From positions 1-64,000 of the forward strand of contig JAPDJW010000002.1 in assembly GCA_029258885.1 (NCBI GenBank): a DNA stretch of 64,000 bases, written 5' to 3'. A program made the translations under genes and the position numbers. How positions within the stretch are numbered: the first letter of the stretch is position 1; the number at the start of each line of letters is the position of its first letter. Shown here piece after piece: positions 38,545-49,094 of the stretch. The notes under the pieces are model-generated. The model saw only the letters and a list, made by a program, of their open reading frames with translations, had not been told where the DNA came from and did no database searches. The stretch is from Thermoproteota archaeon. GTDB lineage: Archaea; Thermoproteota; Thermoprotei; Thermofilales; B9-G17.

Positions 38545-38973
38545 TCACAATTTGTGACTCCTAATTCGACTCAAGTCGTTATCCCATGTGCATAGCTTGT
38601 ATCTGAGCCTTAATATGGGATCCTTATCCACTAGAACTAGACCTTCCTTGAATATCCTAATTCTAATCCAGTCGCGGGCGAAACGTATATCGACAAAATC
38701 TATAGGGAAACCTATATTCCTTTCAAGCTTCTCGGCTAAATCGCTCAGATAATTATACGATTCTATTATGTCAGCTATCTTATTATCTAGAATTACCGCT
38801 ATATCTATATCCCTGAAAGGCCTATCCTTAAGGAATCCTCCGAAAAGTATTGCACATACAATGTTATCATCCTTAAGTAGTAGTTCCCTAATTAAATCTA
38901 CGACCTTCTCCTTTTCGCCGGGACTTAAAGTGTAAAATCTCAGTTTAGAACTATCCTTTATGCTTGGCTGCAT
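38545..38973 (-). CDS. Minimal nucleotidyltransferase (MNT antitoxin)
   Basis: LFGGFLKDRPFRDIDIAV motif; start MQPSIK overlaps the HEPN stop. Confidence 0.85.
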   Translation of the reverse strand: MQPSIKDSSKLRFYTLSPGEKEKVVDLIRELLLKDDNIVCAILFGGFLKDRPFRDIDIAVILDNKIADIIESYNYLSDLAEKLERNIGFPIDFVDIRFARDWIRIRIFKEGLVLVDKDPILRLRYKLCTWDNDLSRIRSHKL

Positions 38974-39382
38974 ATTTAATAACCTCATCGATAAACGTTT
39001 TAATAGAGCCGATACCACTTTCCCTCGCATTCTTATATATTAAGGAATCATCTACCTCCCAGTACCTATGTACGACTAGATTCCTTAAACCCACAAGTTT
39101 TATCATATTATTAGCGGTATTCTCATCTATAACATTTAGTCTCGCTAATTCCCTAAAAACATCCTTATATGCCTCCGGTGCTTCATTGAATACCTCCTCC
39201 AAAATATGTATGCCCATAAGTGTACAGGCTTCCACCACCTGTACTATTGCATACCTCACTGCAAATACTATCTTGAAATCGTTTAGGAATAGATTTAATG
39301 GTCTAGAAGTAGCATCCTCAATTACCTTAAGCGCTACCTCCGCTTCACGCCTTAATCTATTTAATCGCCTAAAGTCTAACAT
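38951..39382 (-). CDS. HEPN-domain RNase toxin (DUF86/HepT-like)
   Basis: GLRNLVVHRYW R-x4-H motif. Confidence 0.88.
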   Translation of the reverse strand: MLDFRRLNRLRREAEVALKVIEDATSRPLNLFLNDFKIVFAVRYAIVQVVEACTLMGIHILEEVFNEAPEAYKDVFRELARLNVIDENTANNMIKLVGLRNLVVHRYWEVDDSLIYKNARESGIGSIKTFIDEVIKYAAKHKG

Positions 39383-39487
39383 TATATCCTTACCAATTAC
39401 TTATCTATCAATAGTTTATATAAACACTTGTTCCTAGATTAGCACTAAGAAGATAAGTTAAATAGCCTATGTTTTTAGTATTTCGTT

Positions 39488-40075
39488 ATGGGAGATATAA
39501 TCAATGTTCTAGTTAACATTGCTAGGGAGACACAGGGTATTAAGTGGATTCTAGTCGGTAGTACGGCGAGCTATTTAAACGGCGTGGACGTTAGGCCTAA
39601 GGATATCGATATTTTATCCGATAGAGATGGCGCAATTGCCCTTGGAAGGTATTTATCCGCAAAGTACGAAGTTGTTAAGCCCATGACGTATAGCACTTCA
39701 GAAGTATATGAGAGCTACTTTGGAATATATAAAATAGGTGCCGTAAAAGTGGAGGTTATGGGCAACCTGGTAATTAAGGGTAGGTATGGAAGATTCTCGG
39801 TACCCTTTGATGAAATGCTACGCTTTTCTAGGGAGATTATATTAAAAGGGGTAGTTGTTCGACTAGTTCCGCTCGAGTGGCAGCTTGTAGCAAACCTCTA
39901 CATTCCAGGTAAGGAGAAGCGTGTGGACAGGATACTTGATGCTCTAGTAAGAAATGGTATAGATATTGAAGCGTTAAGATACATATTAAAGTATTGTAGC
40001 AAGGGAGTCGCTACAGTGGTTAATAGACTGCTGAAATCTAGAGGAGTAGAAGTCCAGTTAAATTACTTTATGTGA
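39488..40075 (+). CDS. Nucleotidyltransferase-family protein
   Basis: WILVGSTAS..GVDVRPKDIDIL motif. Confidence 0.8.
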   Translation: MGDIINVLVNIARETQGIKWILVGSTASYLNGVDVRPKDIDILSDRDGAIALGRYLSAKYEVVKPMTYSTSEVYESYFGIYKIGAVKVEVMGNLVIKGRYGRFSVPFDEMLRFSREIILKGVVVRLVPLEWQLVANLYIPGKEKRVDRILDALVRNGIDIEALRYILKYCSKGVATVVNRLLKSRGVEVQLNYFM

Positions 40076-40116
40076 TCTTTACTGGTTTTAGAAAAGGAGA
40101 TTGGAATAAAATAGGT

Positions 40117-41367
40117 TTATAGGGTTTTGAATAGTAGTTTCAGTGATTTAATTAGTCCCAGCTTCTTGATTATTAGTGACTGTTTAGCTTTTAAGGCATT
40201 ATAGGCATATTTCCTGGAGTACTTGTGGTTTAGTAGCCATCCCATTATCCTCCTCAGCTCTCTATCCTCTATCGCTGCCTCTACTAGAGCATCCACTAGG
40301 TCGTCTGAGAGGTCGTGACCGTAGGACATCTTATGTAGCTTCATCGCATACTTTATTTCCTCCTCGTATATCTCTTTCATCCATCTATCCTGATACCTCT
40401 TTAGCGACGTCTCGCTTAGATCATTTTCTTCAAGCGCCTTAGCGATTACTTCGCTTGCAATAATTCCTGATCTTAGGGCATAGAATATTCCCTCGTAGCT
40501 GTAGGGATCAACTAGGCCGGCTGCGTCGCCTACTACCACGAACCTGTGTCCGTAGGTCTTCTTCAGCGGCTCGGTGGGTATGGTGTCTGCTACCAGCTTC
40601 TTCCCTTCAACAAGCCTTATTTTCGCTCCCTTAAGCTTCTCTGAGGCTATTGGATGCTCCTTTATGAACTTGTCAAGCCTTTCAATCATCATTTTAGCGT
40701 TTGTGCCAGCGTAGAAGTGTAGCCCTACCTCCACAACGTCCCTTCGCGGGAACATCCATACGTAGGCTAGCTGAGAATACGCCTGGTTGAAGTACACCTC
40801 TATGGCGTCTCCTATCCTCTCGTCAATTATCTTCTCGGGGAGCTCAAGCTCATACTGTATTACATTTATGTACTTCGGCGTCTCTATCCCCAGCTGTTTG
40901 CTTAAATTGGACTCCATGCCATATGCTCCTATAAGAACCTCGGCCTCATACTTCTCCTCCTTCCCCTCAACCTCCGCTGTAACCTCAACCTTATCCTCGA
41001 ATATCTTTATCTTAGTGGCCTTGGCATTATTGATTACGTCGGCGCCAGCCTTCTCAGCGCTATCCATGAGCCATTTATCGTATGCTGGCCTATAGACTAT
41101 GAAGCCTGGCTCCTTGGCACTGCCAACGTAAACGGATTTATTCGACCTCGAGACGACAAGGCCTTTAACTATCTTCCTCTCAACTAATTCATCGGGAACT
41201 TTAAGCAGATTATAGCATCCATTAGATATTCCTCCAGCACACGGCTTTACTCTCAGCCTAGAACCCTTCTCGAGAAGAACTACGTTAACCTTATTCTCGG
41301 CAAGCCTCCAGGCAGATATTGCACCAGAAGGACCACCGCCGATAACTACGACGTCATACTTTTTCAT
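40117..41367 (-). CDS. Geranylgeranyl reductase-family FAD oxidoreductase
   Basis: YDVVVIGGGPSG, KPCAGG, YVWMFP and VGDAAGLVDP motifs; likely start MKKYD. Confidence 0.9.
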   Translation of the reverse strand: MKKYDVVVIGGGPSGAISAWRLAENKVNVVLLEKGSRLRVKPCAGGISNGCYNLLKVPDELVERKIVKGLVVSRSNKSVYVGSAKEPGFIVYRPAYDKWLMDSAEKAGADVINNAKATKIKIFEDKVEVTAEVEGKEEKYEAEVLIGAYGMESNLSKQLGIETPKYINVIQYELELPEKIIDERIGDAIEVYFNQAYSQLAYVWMFPRRDVVEVGLHFYAGTNAKMMIERLDKFIKEHPIASEKLKGAKIRLVEGKKLVADTIPTEPLKKTYGHRFVVVGDAAGLVDPYSYEGIFYALRSGIIASEVIAKALEENDLSETSLKRYQDRWMKEIYEEEIKYAMKLHKMSYGHDLSDDLVDALVEAAIEDRELRRIMGWLLNHKYSRKYAYNALKAKQSLIIKKLGLIKSLKLLFKTL

Positions 41368-41719
41368 AAACAGCACCGATATCTTAAAAGCCTTCAAATT
41401 AATAAGCATTAACACATATTCTATTGAAGACTATGGTAACAGTCAACTATCCGTGATATTACTCCTTTAATAATAGAGTAATAGCTACGTTATGCTTATC
41501 GATTTAAAATATTTTATCGCTCTTGTTTTTAGGTTAAATGATTTATTGTTGTAATGTATTATAGCGTATGGATCGGGTTAAGCTTAAGCTGACCCTCACA
41601 GACGAGCAGGTAATAGAGATGCTCCGAAAACACCGCTGACCTAACGGCGTAAGAATACACGCTGATACAAGAAAATCTGATTGAATATGTTTTCTGATTT
41701 TAGGTTAAAAGTTCTAGTC

Positions 41720-42808
41720 CTAGATAATTGCCTTTCCATCTTTTTTGTTGAATATATGGATGTGTTTGACGGGGATCTCAATATAAATCGTTTCATCCGG
41801 CTTTAGGCTTATTTCGCCTGGATATCTTGCTTTGTATATTTTTCCTCCTAGGCTAAAGTTAATAATCATTTCCCCTCCAAGTGGTTCCACAACATATACT
41901 CTACATTTGACCGTCGATGCCCTTGGTTCCTTATATATTTTAATGTGTTCAGGTCTTATACCTAAAACCACTTCTAAACCCGCCTTATCCCTTAAGATGC
42001 TACTAAATGTTTTTGGTAGTTTCAGTTTAAATTCTCCAGCATCTAGAACGATAAAGTCGTCCTTATATGTGAGAGTTGCATCAAAGAAGTTCATGGCAGG
42101 GGATCCTATAAAACCTGCAACGAATATATTTTGTGGTTTTTTATATAGATCACTTGGTGTACCTATTTGCTGAATCTTACCTTTATGAAAGACTACTATT
42201 CTGTCAGCCATAGTCATTGCTTCCACTTGATCATGTGTGACATAGATTGTAGTTATTCCTAACTCTTTCTGCAGCCTCTTGAGCTCGGCTCTCATATATA
42301 CTCTTAGCTTTGCATCTAAATTGCTCAGTGGCTCATCCATGAGGAAGACCTTGGGTTCTCGGACCAATGCTCTTCCTAATGCAACTCTCTGTTGTTGCCC
42401 ACCACTAAGCTGGCTTGGTCTCCTATCTAAAAGGTCTTCAATTTTTAGTAACTTAGCGACCTCTTCTACCTTTGCTTTAATGTACTTTTTCGGCATTTTT
42501 CTTACTTGCAAGGGAAAGGCTAAGTTATCGAATACCGTCATGTGCGGATAAAGTGCATAGTTTTGAAATACCATTGCGACGTCCCTTTCCCTGGGCGGTA
42601 TGTTGTTAACTAGTCTGCCACCAATGTATATTTCTCCTTCGTCAGGCCTTTCTAGTCCTGCAATCAACCTTAAAGTAGTAGTTTTTCCAGAACCGCTAGG
42701 CCCCAAGAGAACCACGAACTCCTTATCTTTAACGTCAAAGGATACCTTATTTACGGCTATTACCTTACCGAAACGCTTTGTAAGATTTTTAACTTTCACA
42801 TCCGCCAT
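41720..42808 (-). CDS. Sugar ABC transporter ATPase (MalK/MsmX type)
   Basis: GPSGSGKT, LSGGQQQR, LMDEP, TOBE domain. Confidence 0.93.
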   Translation of the reverse strand: MADVKVKNLTKRFGKVIAVNKVSFDVKDKEFVVLLGPSGSGKTTTLRLIAGLERPDEGEIYIGGRLVNNIPPRERDVAMVFQNYALYPHMTVFDNLAFPLQVRKMPKKYIKAKVEEVAKLLKIEDLLDRRPSQLSGGQQQRVALGRALVREPKVFLMDEPLSNLDAKLRVYMRAELKRLQKELGITTIYVTHDQVEAMTMADRIVVFHKGKIQQIGTPSDLYKKPQNIFVAGFIGSPAMNFFDATLTYKDDFIVLDAGEFKLKLPKTFSSILRDKAGLEVVLGIRPEHIKIYKEPRASTVKCRVYVVEPLGGEMIINFSLGGKIYKARYPGEISLKPDETIYIEIPVKHIHIFNKKDGKAII

Positions 42809-42825
42809 GTTTCATCACGCTCCAT

Positions 42826-43659
42826 TTAGCCTTTAACTACCCAGCCGACCATTCCTCGGATATAGTATTTCTGTAAGGCAAGATATAATACTATAGGTAC
42901 AGCTATGATTATGAGCGAGGCAGCGGATAAAACACCCCAGTCAACATGATACTGGCCTCTCATTAGAGGCAGTCTCTGCGTTGCCAAAAGTTTATCAGGA
43001 GAATATATGAGAATTAACGCTAAGAAGAAGTCGCTCCAAACCCATGTGAATTGTAGTGCTGCAACTGATGCTATCCCCGGTAAGGATAGAGGGAGAACTA
43101 TTTTATAAAATATCTGGAAGTCCGTGGCCCCATCTATTCTAGCAGCTTCCTCCACTTCAACGGGAAGCGTGGCAAAGAAATTTTTCATAAAAAGTATTAT
43201 CCAAGGTAATCCCCACGCTGTATGTACTATGCTTAATCCGATAAGGCTGTCGAGCAATCCCAGTTTTTTCATTAACTGAAATAAAGGTATTGCGATGCTC
43301 TGTTGAGGAACCGCCATCAATAAAACAATTGTAAGGAAAAGGTAGCTTTTGATCGTAAAGCTGTATCTAGCGAAAGCGTACGCAGCAAGTGCTCCTATTA
43401 TTATCGGCATTATAGTTGCAGGAATCGTAACTATTAATGAATTTACTATTCCCTTACTGAGGGGTGCGGTCGGATGATATAAAGCATTAAATATGTTGGT
43501 TAATGAAGGGTTAAATTCGCTAAAATCCCACCATCCACGTACTATTTCCTTGTATGGTCTAATCGAAGCCATTAATATCCCCATTAGTGGCAGAATCCAT
43601 ACAAACGATATGGCCCATGCTATTACGTTGATAAGTATGGCAACCTTGTTTATCTTCAT
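42826..43659 (-). CDS. Carbohydrate ABC permease (MalG type)
   Basis: EEAARIDGA EAA motif. Confidence 0.92.
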   Translation of the reverse strand: MKINKVAILINVIAWAISFVWILPLMGILMASIRPYKEIVRGWWDFSEFNPSLTNIFNALYHPTAPLSKGIVNSLIVTIPATIMPIIIGALAAYAFARYSFTIKSYLFLTIVLLMAVPQQSIAIPLFQLMKKLGLLDSLIGLSIVHTAWGLPWIILFMKNFFATLPVEVEEAARIDGATDFQIFYKIVLPLSLPGIASVAALQFTWVWSDFFLALILIYSPDKLLATQRLPLMRGQYHVDWGVLSAASLIIIAVPIVLYLALQKYYIRGMVGWVVKG

Positions 43660-44534
43660 TTTCTCACCACGTACTTAAACATGACTATAGCAACAATTAG
43701 GGTTAGTGCAGTTAAAAGAGTGGCGATTACGGATGAGGCGTTAAAGTCTAGGCTTCTAAATGCTAGGAAATACATCAATAATGCGAGAACGTTTGAAGCC
43801 CCTCCAGGTCCGCCATAAGTTGCCACATAAACTATATCGAATATTTTAAGCTCCCATAAAAGGGTCATCGTAACCACAGTTGTTGTAACCGGCTTAAGGA
43901 GAGGCAGGGTTATTCGAAAGAATATCTGCATAGAGGAAGCTCCATCAATTTTTGCAGCCTCGTAATACTCCTTTGGTATCATAGCGAGACCAGCAGAGTA
44001 TAGAATTAAACTAAACCCAGTCCAAAGCCAAACAGAACCTAAAATTAAGGAAAATAAGGCTGTGTCAGGGTACATGGTCCAGGTCCTGACAAGGTGACCT
44101 AAACCAATCGCCTTGAGAAACATATTAACAACCCCTACCTCCCTGTCGAAGGTAAACCTAATAATTATTCCTCCCACGATTAGGGGAGTCACCATGCCTA
44201 AAAATATGATGGATTTAATTATGGATGAACCCTTCACGTTCTGTAGAAGAACTGCTAGTACCAATCCGAGGAGTGTGGATAGGGGAAGATGTATGAGAAT
44301 CCAGATAGCGTTATGAACTATAGCCCCCATCGGGAAGTAACCCTTTAAAATTCCATCGTAGTTGATCACTTCCCTCCTACTTAAAACTCTAATATAGTTG
44401 TCAAAACCTACAAAATAACCTTCAGGAGAGAGAAAACTGAGAGAAATAGTAGCAGAAATTGGATATAGGACGAAAATTATTATCAGAATTAGGGCAGGTA
44501 AAATGAAAAAGTAGGGGGTTAGGTTTAGCTTCAT
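43656..44534 (-). CDS. Carbohydrate ABC permease (MalF type)
   Basis: YYEAAKIDGA EAA motif. Confidence 0.92.
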   Translation of the reverse strand: MKLNLTPYFFILPALILIIIFVLYPISATISLSFLSPEGYFVGFDNYIRVLSRREVINYDGILKGYFPMGAIVHNAIWILIHLPLSTLLGLVLAVLLQNVKGSSIIKSIIFLGMVTPLIVGGIIIRFTFDREVGVVNMFLKAIGLGHLVRTWTMYPDTALFSLILGSVWLWTGFSLILYSAGLAMIPKEYYEAAKIDGASSMQIFFRITLPLLKPVTTTVVTMTLLWELKIFDIVYVATYGGPGGASNVLALLMYFLAFRSLDFNASSVIATLLTALTLIVAIVMFKYVVRK

Positions 44535-44546
44535 CCCGTATCTACC

Positions 44547-45842
44547 TTATCCCTTTGGAGCCTTTTCCTGTAGGGCTTCAAGTACACTATCTAAAGCATC
44601 TGGATTTACCCATAATAACTTTAACTGATCCCAGAAGGTCGGTTGGAATTCTCCGCCAATTGAATCGTCTAAATCTGATAGCACTTCCTTACCAACTAAA
44701 AGCTTTGCAACTTCTCTATCAACAGGTGGATAGGCATCTAAGGGGACGTTGACGTTAGTAGCGAGATGTCCTCCCTGAGCAACCTGAAGTCTTTGAGCTT
44801 CTGCACTGCATAAGAACTTAAAGAACTCCTTCGCTGCTTCTAAGTTTTTGGTGTAAACAGGTATAAAGAAGTAATCAGGTGCAAACACTAGACCTTTATT
44901 TCCTGGTAGGGAGAAGACGCCGAGATCGGATGGATCTTCCACCATTCCAGTTATCCAGCTTCCCATAAAGTATAAAGCGTAATCTCCTTTCCACCATAAT
45001 TCTAGAGCTGTTGTCCACTCTATGGGTTCGCTAAAGTATCCTTTACGTAGAAGTGGAACTATTCTTTCCTCAAATATTTGCCTGACTTCCGGATCTGTCC
45101 ATTTAACTTTTCCTGCTATAAGATCCCTTTGAAGCTGGGGACCACCATAGGTTATGAGAAAATGCTCCACTACATCAGAAATAGGCCATCCTACACCATC
45201 TCCCGTAACTATTGGAGCTTTAATTCCCTCTATGCCCTTAATTTGTTCAAGCAAATTAACGAATTCGTCCCAAGTCTCAGGAACCGTTAAATTGTATTTA
45301 TTAAAGAAGGATTTTCTATACCAGAACCCCGGTTTAACTTTCCCTGTCCATACTCCGCCGTATATCCTACCATTTAGTTTAACGGCATCAAGAGCGCCCG
45401 GTAAGAAATCAGCTTCATTAATTAGATCTGTAACATCCACAACATGCCCCTTCTTCGCCTGCTCAACTATAAACCATCCCCACATAAAGATGACATCGCC
45501 AGGTGTAGAATTGGCTTCAAACTGTGCTGGTAGTATAGTCGCTAGGTCTTCAGCTCGATAAATCTTGTATATTACTTTTATACCAGTCATGCGCTCAAAT
45601 CTCTCTAAGACAGGCATGAAAGCATCCATTTCAGGCCCAGCCCAGGGACCTATCACCGTTATTGTAGCAGGTATTTCGCCAACCTTTTCCTTAATTGCTT
45701 CTATCGCTTCCAGTTTCTGACTTATCTCATCTAACTTGGCTGAAAGCGTTGCAACCATAGACTGCAATTGAGCTATTATTGCTCCAGTGGAGATAATAAC
45801 GATAAGCAAGGTTGTCACAAGAAGTATTTCCGTTCTAGTCAT
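44547..45842 (-). CDS. Sugar ABC substrate-binding protein (alpha-glucoside/trehalose type)
   Basis: N-terminal anchor plus coiled coil; VIGPWAGPE, GFWYRK and GWPISD motifs. Confidence 0.9.
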   Translation of the reverse strand: MTRTEILLVTTLLIVIISTGAIIAQLQSMVATLSAKLDEISQKLEAIEAIKEKVGEIPATITVIGPWAGPEMDAFMPVLERFERMTGIKVIYKIYRAEDLATILPAQFEANSTPGDVIFMWGWFIVEQAKKGHVVDVTDLINEADFLPGALDAVKLNGRIYGGVWTGKVKPGFWYRKSFFNKYNLTVPETWDEFVNLLEQIKGIEGIKAPIVTGDGVGWPISDVVEHFLITYGGPQLQRDLIAGKVKWTDPEVRQIFEERIVPLLRKGYFSEPIEWTTALELWWKGDYALYFMGSWITGMVEDPSDLGVFSLPGNKGLVFAPDYFFIPVYTKNLEAAKEFFKFLCSAEAQRLQVAQGGHLATNVNVPLDAYPPVDREVAKLLVGKEVLSDLDDSIGGEFQPTFWDQLKLLWVNPDALDSVLEALQEKAPKG

Positions 45843-45992
45843 AATACCACCCGCCAGTGATAAATATAGAGTAAAACTAATATATAAGTTTTATTACAAT
45901 TAAAACTGATTTTAATTAAACTTAAACAAAAACGTTAAGCAAATATTTCAAATAGGAATAATAGATATAATCAATAAATCTGGAGTAGGATA

Positions 45993-47003
45993 GTGGATAT
46001 GAACCAAAGAAATGAGCTGATAGACATCTTAAGAGAGAAGCTCGCAAGCCTAGGCTTAACTTCATATGAAATTACGGTATATCTTACTTTGCTAAGAGAG
46101 GGCCCCCTATCGGCTGGCGAGATAGCCAAGAGAAGCGGCATCCCACATAGTAGAGTATACGATATAATCCATAGATTGGATGAAAAGGATCTAGTTGAGA
46201 TATTTTACGGCAAGCCTAAAAAGGTTAAGGCAGTTGACCCAAACATAGCACTTTATGCACTCGTTGAAAGAAAGAAGAGAAAGCTGGATAGGCTATGTAA
46301 TCATGCATTAAGTTTGATAAATACTGTTATATTGGCAGGTAAACAAGCTGAAAAAACCACTTGGGTTATTGAGACTAGCCTAGCTGAAGTAGTATCACAT
46401 CTGATCTTAAAAGCGAGACATCAGCTTCTCCTAGCATCCGACCACGTTTTAATCGATGAATTGAGTGATGAGCTATGCCATGTATCTAAAAATGGAGTAA
46501 ATGTAACAGTAATATGTTATGATAACATAGAAAAGCTAGGTTCTAAAGATAAATTAGTTCAGGCTGGGGTAGAACTTTACGTAAGAAAGGCTTATTCATT
46601 AACTATAGTCCTTATTGATTTTCTAGCTGGAGCCATAAGTAGCCCCGGTATCAGCTATTCAATAATGACAACCGAACCTGTCCTCATAAGAGCTTTAATG
46701 GATCTTTTCTACAGCTCGATCGTAAATACTTCAAGCATTGTAGCAAAGCCACCGGAAGTAAGAGGCCGCTTCGTTTCAATATGGGCAATTATAAATAAAA
46801 TTGAAAAAGGTAGGAAACTGCGTGTAAATGGAATAGATTTAAAGACAGGAAAAGAGGTGATTGTTGAAGGAGTAGTCGAAGACAAAATAATAGAGGATGG
46901 AGTTGTGTGCTTGCTTTTAAGGACTGAGAAAGGAATAGTTAAGGTGGGTGGATTAGGCGCAATGCTAGAAGATATAGAGGGACTTATATTCGAAGTAATT
47001 TAG
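45993..47003 (+). CDS. trmB: TrmB-family sugar-responsive regulator
   Basis: GLTSYEITVYLTLL..IPHSRVYDI HTH; C-terminal VGGLGAMLEDIEG. Confidence 0.88.
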   Translation: MDMNQRNELIDILREKLASLGLTSYEITVYLTLLREGPLSAGEIAKRSGIPHSRVYDIIHRLDEKDLVEIFYGKPKKVKAVDPNIALYALVERKKRKLDRLCNHALSLINTVILAGKQAEKTTWVIETSLAEVVSHLILKARHQLLLASDHVLIDELSDELCHVSKNGVNVTVICYDNIEKLGSKDKLVQAGVELYVRKAYSLTIVLIDFLAGAISSPGISYSIMTTEPVLIRALMDLFYSSIVNTSSIVAKPPEVRGRFVSIWAIINKIEKGRKLRVNGIDLKTGKEVIVEGVVEDKIIEDGVVCLLLRTEKGIVKVGGLGAMLEDIEGLIFEVI

Positions 47004-47015
47004 AGAGGTGTTTAG

Positions 47016-48245
47016 GTGAAAGTTTCAGTTAAACGAGATAGAAGACTGGAAGACTATAGAAAGATAGTTTCGGACGCTGTTCTAAATAGCATAATGAGCA
47101 TTGCCGATAAGCTTAAGGGATTATCTGTTATTCATGTAAATTCGACTTCATTTGGTGGGGGTGTAGCTGAAATATTACATAGCATGGTCCCTTTAATGGC
47201 TTCAGTGGGTCTGGATGTCGAATGGAATGTCATAGAAGCGCCTATCGAATTCTTTAATATTACAAAGTTATTACATCATGGAATTCAAGGAATGAAAGTA
47301 GACTTTGATGAGGGTATGAAAAGTTTTTACCTAAAAATAAATGAGGAAAATGTAGCGAAAATAGATTTAGATAAAGATTTCATAGTAATTCATGACCCAC
47401 AACCCTTGCCGATTAAATATTTTGCAAAAGATCATGGATTGTGGATTTGGAGATGTCATATAGATGCGTCTTCCCCGTATAAGCCAGTTTGGAATTTCAT
47501 CAGCAAATTTGTTAAACTGTATGATTCCTATATTTTTCATATGGAGGAATATGTTCAACCGGACTTGGATAGAGGAAAGGCATTTATCATGCCTCCGTCG
47601 ATAGATCCTCTCACGGAGAAAAATAGAGAAATGAGTGACTCAGAGATAATGGATATCCTTGATAAATTTGACATAGATCCAGAGAAGCCCATACTAATAC
47701 AAGTCGCCAGATTTGATCCGTGGAAGGATCCTATAGGAGCTATAAAAGTATATAGGAAGGTAAAGGAGCGGGAGCCTGGACTTCAGCTTTTACTTGTAGC
47801 ATCTATGGCACATGATGATCCTGAGGGATGGGTATATTATGAAAAAGCCGTTAGGTATGCTGGAGAAGATTACAATATTCATTTTCTAACAAACGTTGTT
47901 GGTGTTGGTGATAGGGAGGTTAATGCTTTCCAGAGGGCGGCTGATGTAGCGCTTCAAATGAGTATAAGAGAGGGATTTGGTTTAGCAGTTACAGAAGCGC
48001 TCTGGAAAGAGACGCCAGTTGTAGCTAGAGGGGTGGGTGGAATTAAATTACAAGTAATTAATGGTATAAACGGATTCATTATTAAAACGGTAGATGAAGC
48101 AGCAGAAAGAGTCTTGTATTTGCTTAAAAACCGAGCCTTAAGAGAGAAAATGGGCAGAAGAGGTCGAGATCACGTTAAAAGGAATTTTCTGATTACTAGA
48201 CACCTTTTTGATTACCTAAAACTTTTCTATAAGTTATACTATTAA
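47016..48245 (+). CDS. treT: Trehalose glycosyltransferring synthase
   Basis: HVNSTSFGGGVAEIL, IHDPQP, WRCHID, RFDPWKD and EGFGLAVTEA motifs. Confidence 0.9.
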   Translation: MKVSVKRDRRLEDYRKIVSDAVLNSIMSIADKLKGLSVIHVNSTSFGGGVAEILHSMVPLMASVGLDVEWNVIEAPIEFFNITKLLHHGIQGMKVDFDEGMKSFYLKINEENVAKIDLDKDFIVIHDPQPLPIKYFAKDHGLWIWRCHIDASSPYKPVWNFISKFVKLYDSYIFHMEEYVQPDLDRGKAFIMPPSIDPLTEKNREMSDSEIMDILDKFDIDPEKPILIQVARFDPWKDPIGAIKVYRKVKEREPGLQLLLVASMAHDDPEGWVYYEKAVRYAGEDYNIHFLTNVVGVGDREVNAFQRAADVALQMSIREGFGLAVTEALWKETPVVARGVGGIKLQVINGINGFIIKTVDEAAERVLYLLKNRALREKMGRRGRDHVKRNFLITRHLFDYLKLFYKLYY

Positions 48246-48320
48246 GCCGTAGTTTAAGCCAAAATACGTTACAACGATAAATTATTTAACTTAAAACAAG
48301 AGCGTAAAATAGTATCATAG

Positions 48321-48776
48321 TTACCAAATTACTTTAACTCCTGATCTCTTAGCCACGTATGATAGATCTTTATCGCCAGTAACTATTGGTATCCTAAATT
48401 TTAGGGCAAGAACTATAGTAGTAGCATCCGCAATTGACAGTCTTCTATGCTTTAAAGTATCATCCGTAGCTTCCCTCAATATTCTATCTCCTCTTATCTT
48501 CACCTGTGAAGCTGATGCAGCAATATTTACATCGAGCTCTGCTACTTTAAAATATATCTTGACAAATTCTATTAGTTCTTCCTCATTTTTAAATGGCAAC
48601 CTCCCTCTTCTCCAATGATATGCCAGCTCATAAATAATGAGATAATGAACTATACCATCTAATGTCCCAGTTCTTATACTATCCAGAACCTTAAGGGCCC
48701 TAAACGGTATCTGCCCTGAGAAATCGGCCATAATTGCATAGGAATCCACTATTACTGCTGAAATCTTCTCAACCAT
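48321..48776 (-). CDS. vapC: PIN-domain VapC-family toxin
   Basis: VIVDSYA, IYEL, LSIADA and VTGD motifs. Confidence 0.85.
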   Translation of the reverse strand: MVEKISAVIVDSYAIMADFSGQIPFRALKVLDSIRTGTLDGIVHYLIIYELAYHWRRGRLPFKNEEELIEFVKIYFKVAELDVNIAASASQVKIRGDRILREATDDTLKHRRLSIADATTIVLALKFRIPIVTGDKDLSYVAKRSGVKVIW

Positions 48777-49003
48777 TCTTCCTCCTCCATATCAATTTCA
48801 CGTTCAGCTTCATCTATGTTAAAGCTTATCTTTCGGCCACGTTCACGAAGGATACTCCATAGATCCTTAGTTTTTAATATTATTTTATCTTCCTTAACTT
48901 CAAGCTCTAGCACCATACCCTCTTTAATTCCTAAACTATCGCGAATCTCCTTAGGTATTACTATAACGCCGCGTTTACCTACCCTTACCCTAAAAATATA
49001 CAT
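48752..49003 (-). CDS. vapB: AbrB/MazE-family antitoxin
   Basis: RVGKRGVIVIPKEIRDSLGIKEG; GGTGA RBS before the ATG at 49003. Confidence 0.88.
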   Translation of the reverse strand: MYIFRVRVGKRGVIVIPKEIRDSLGIKEGMVLELEVKEDKIILKTKDLWSILRERGRKISFNIDEAEREIDMEEEEWLRRFQQ

Positions 49004-49094
49004 CACCTTACATACATAACATAGAGTTAGATTAATAAATTCTTCTGACAGAAAACAATATTTTTCAGACATAAAGCGTATCATTCAATAATTA

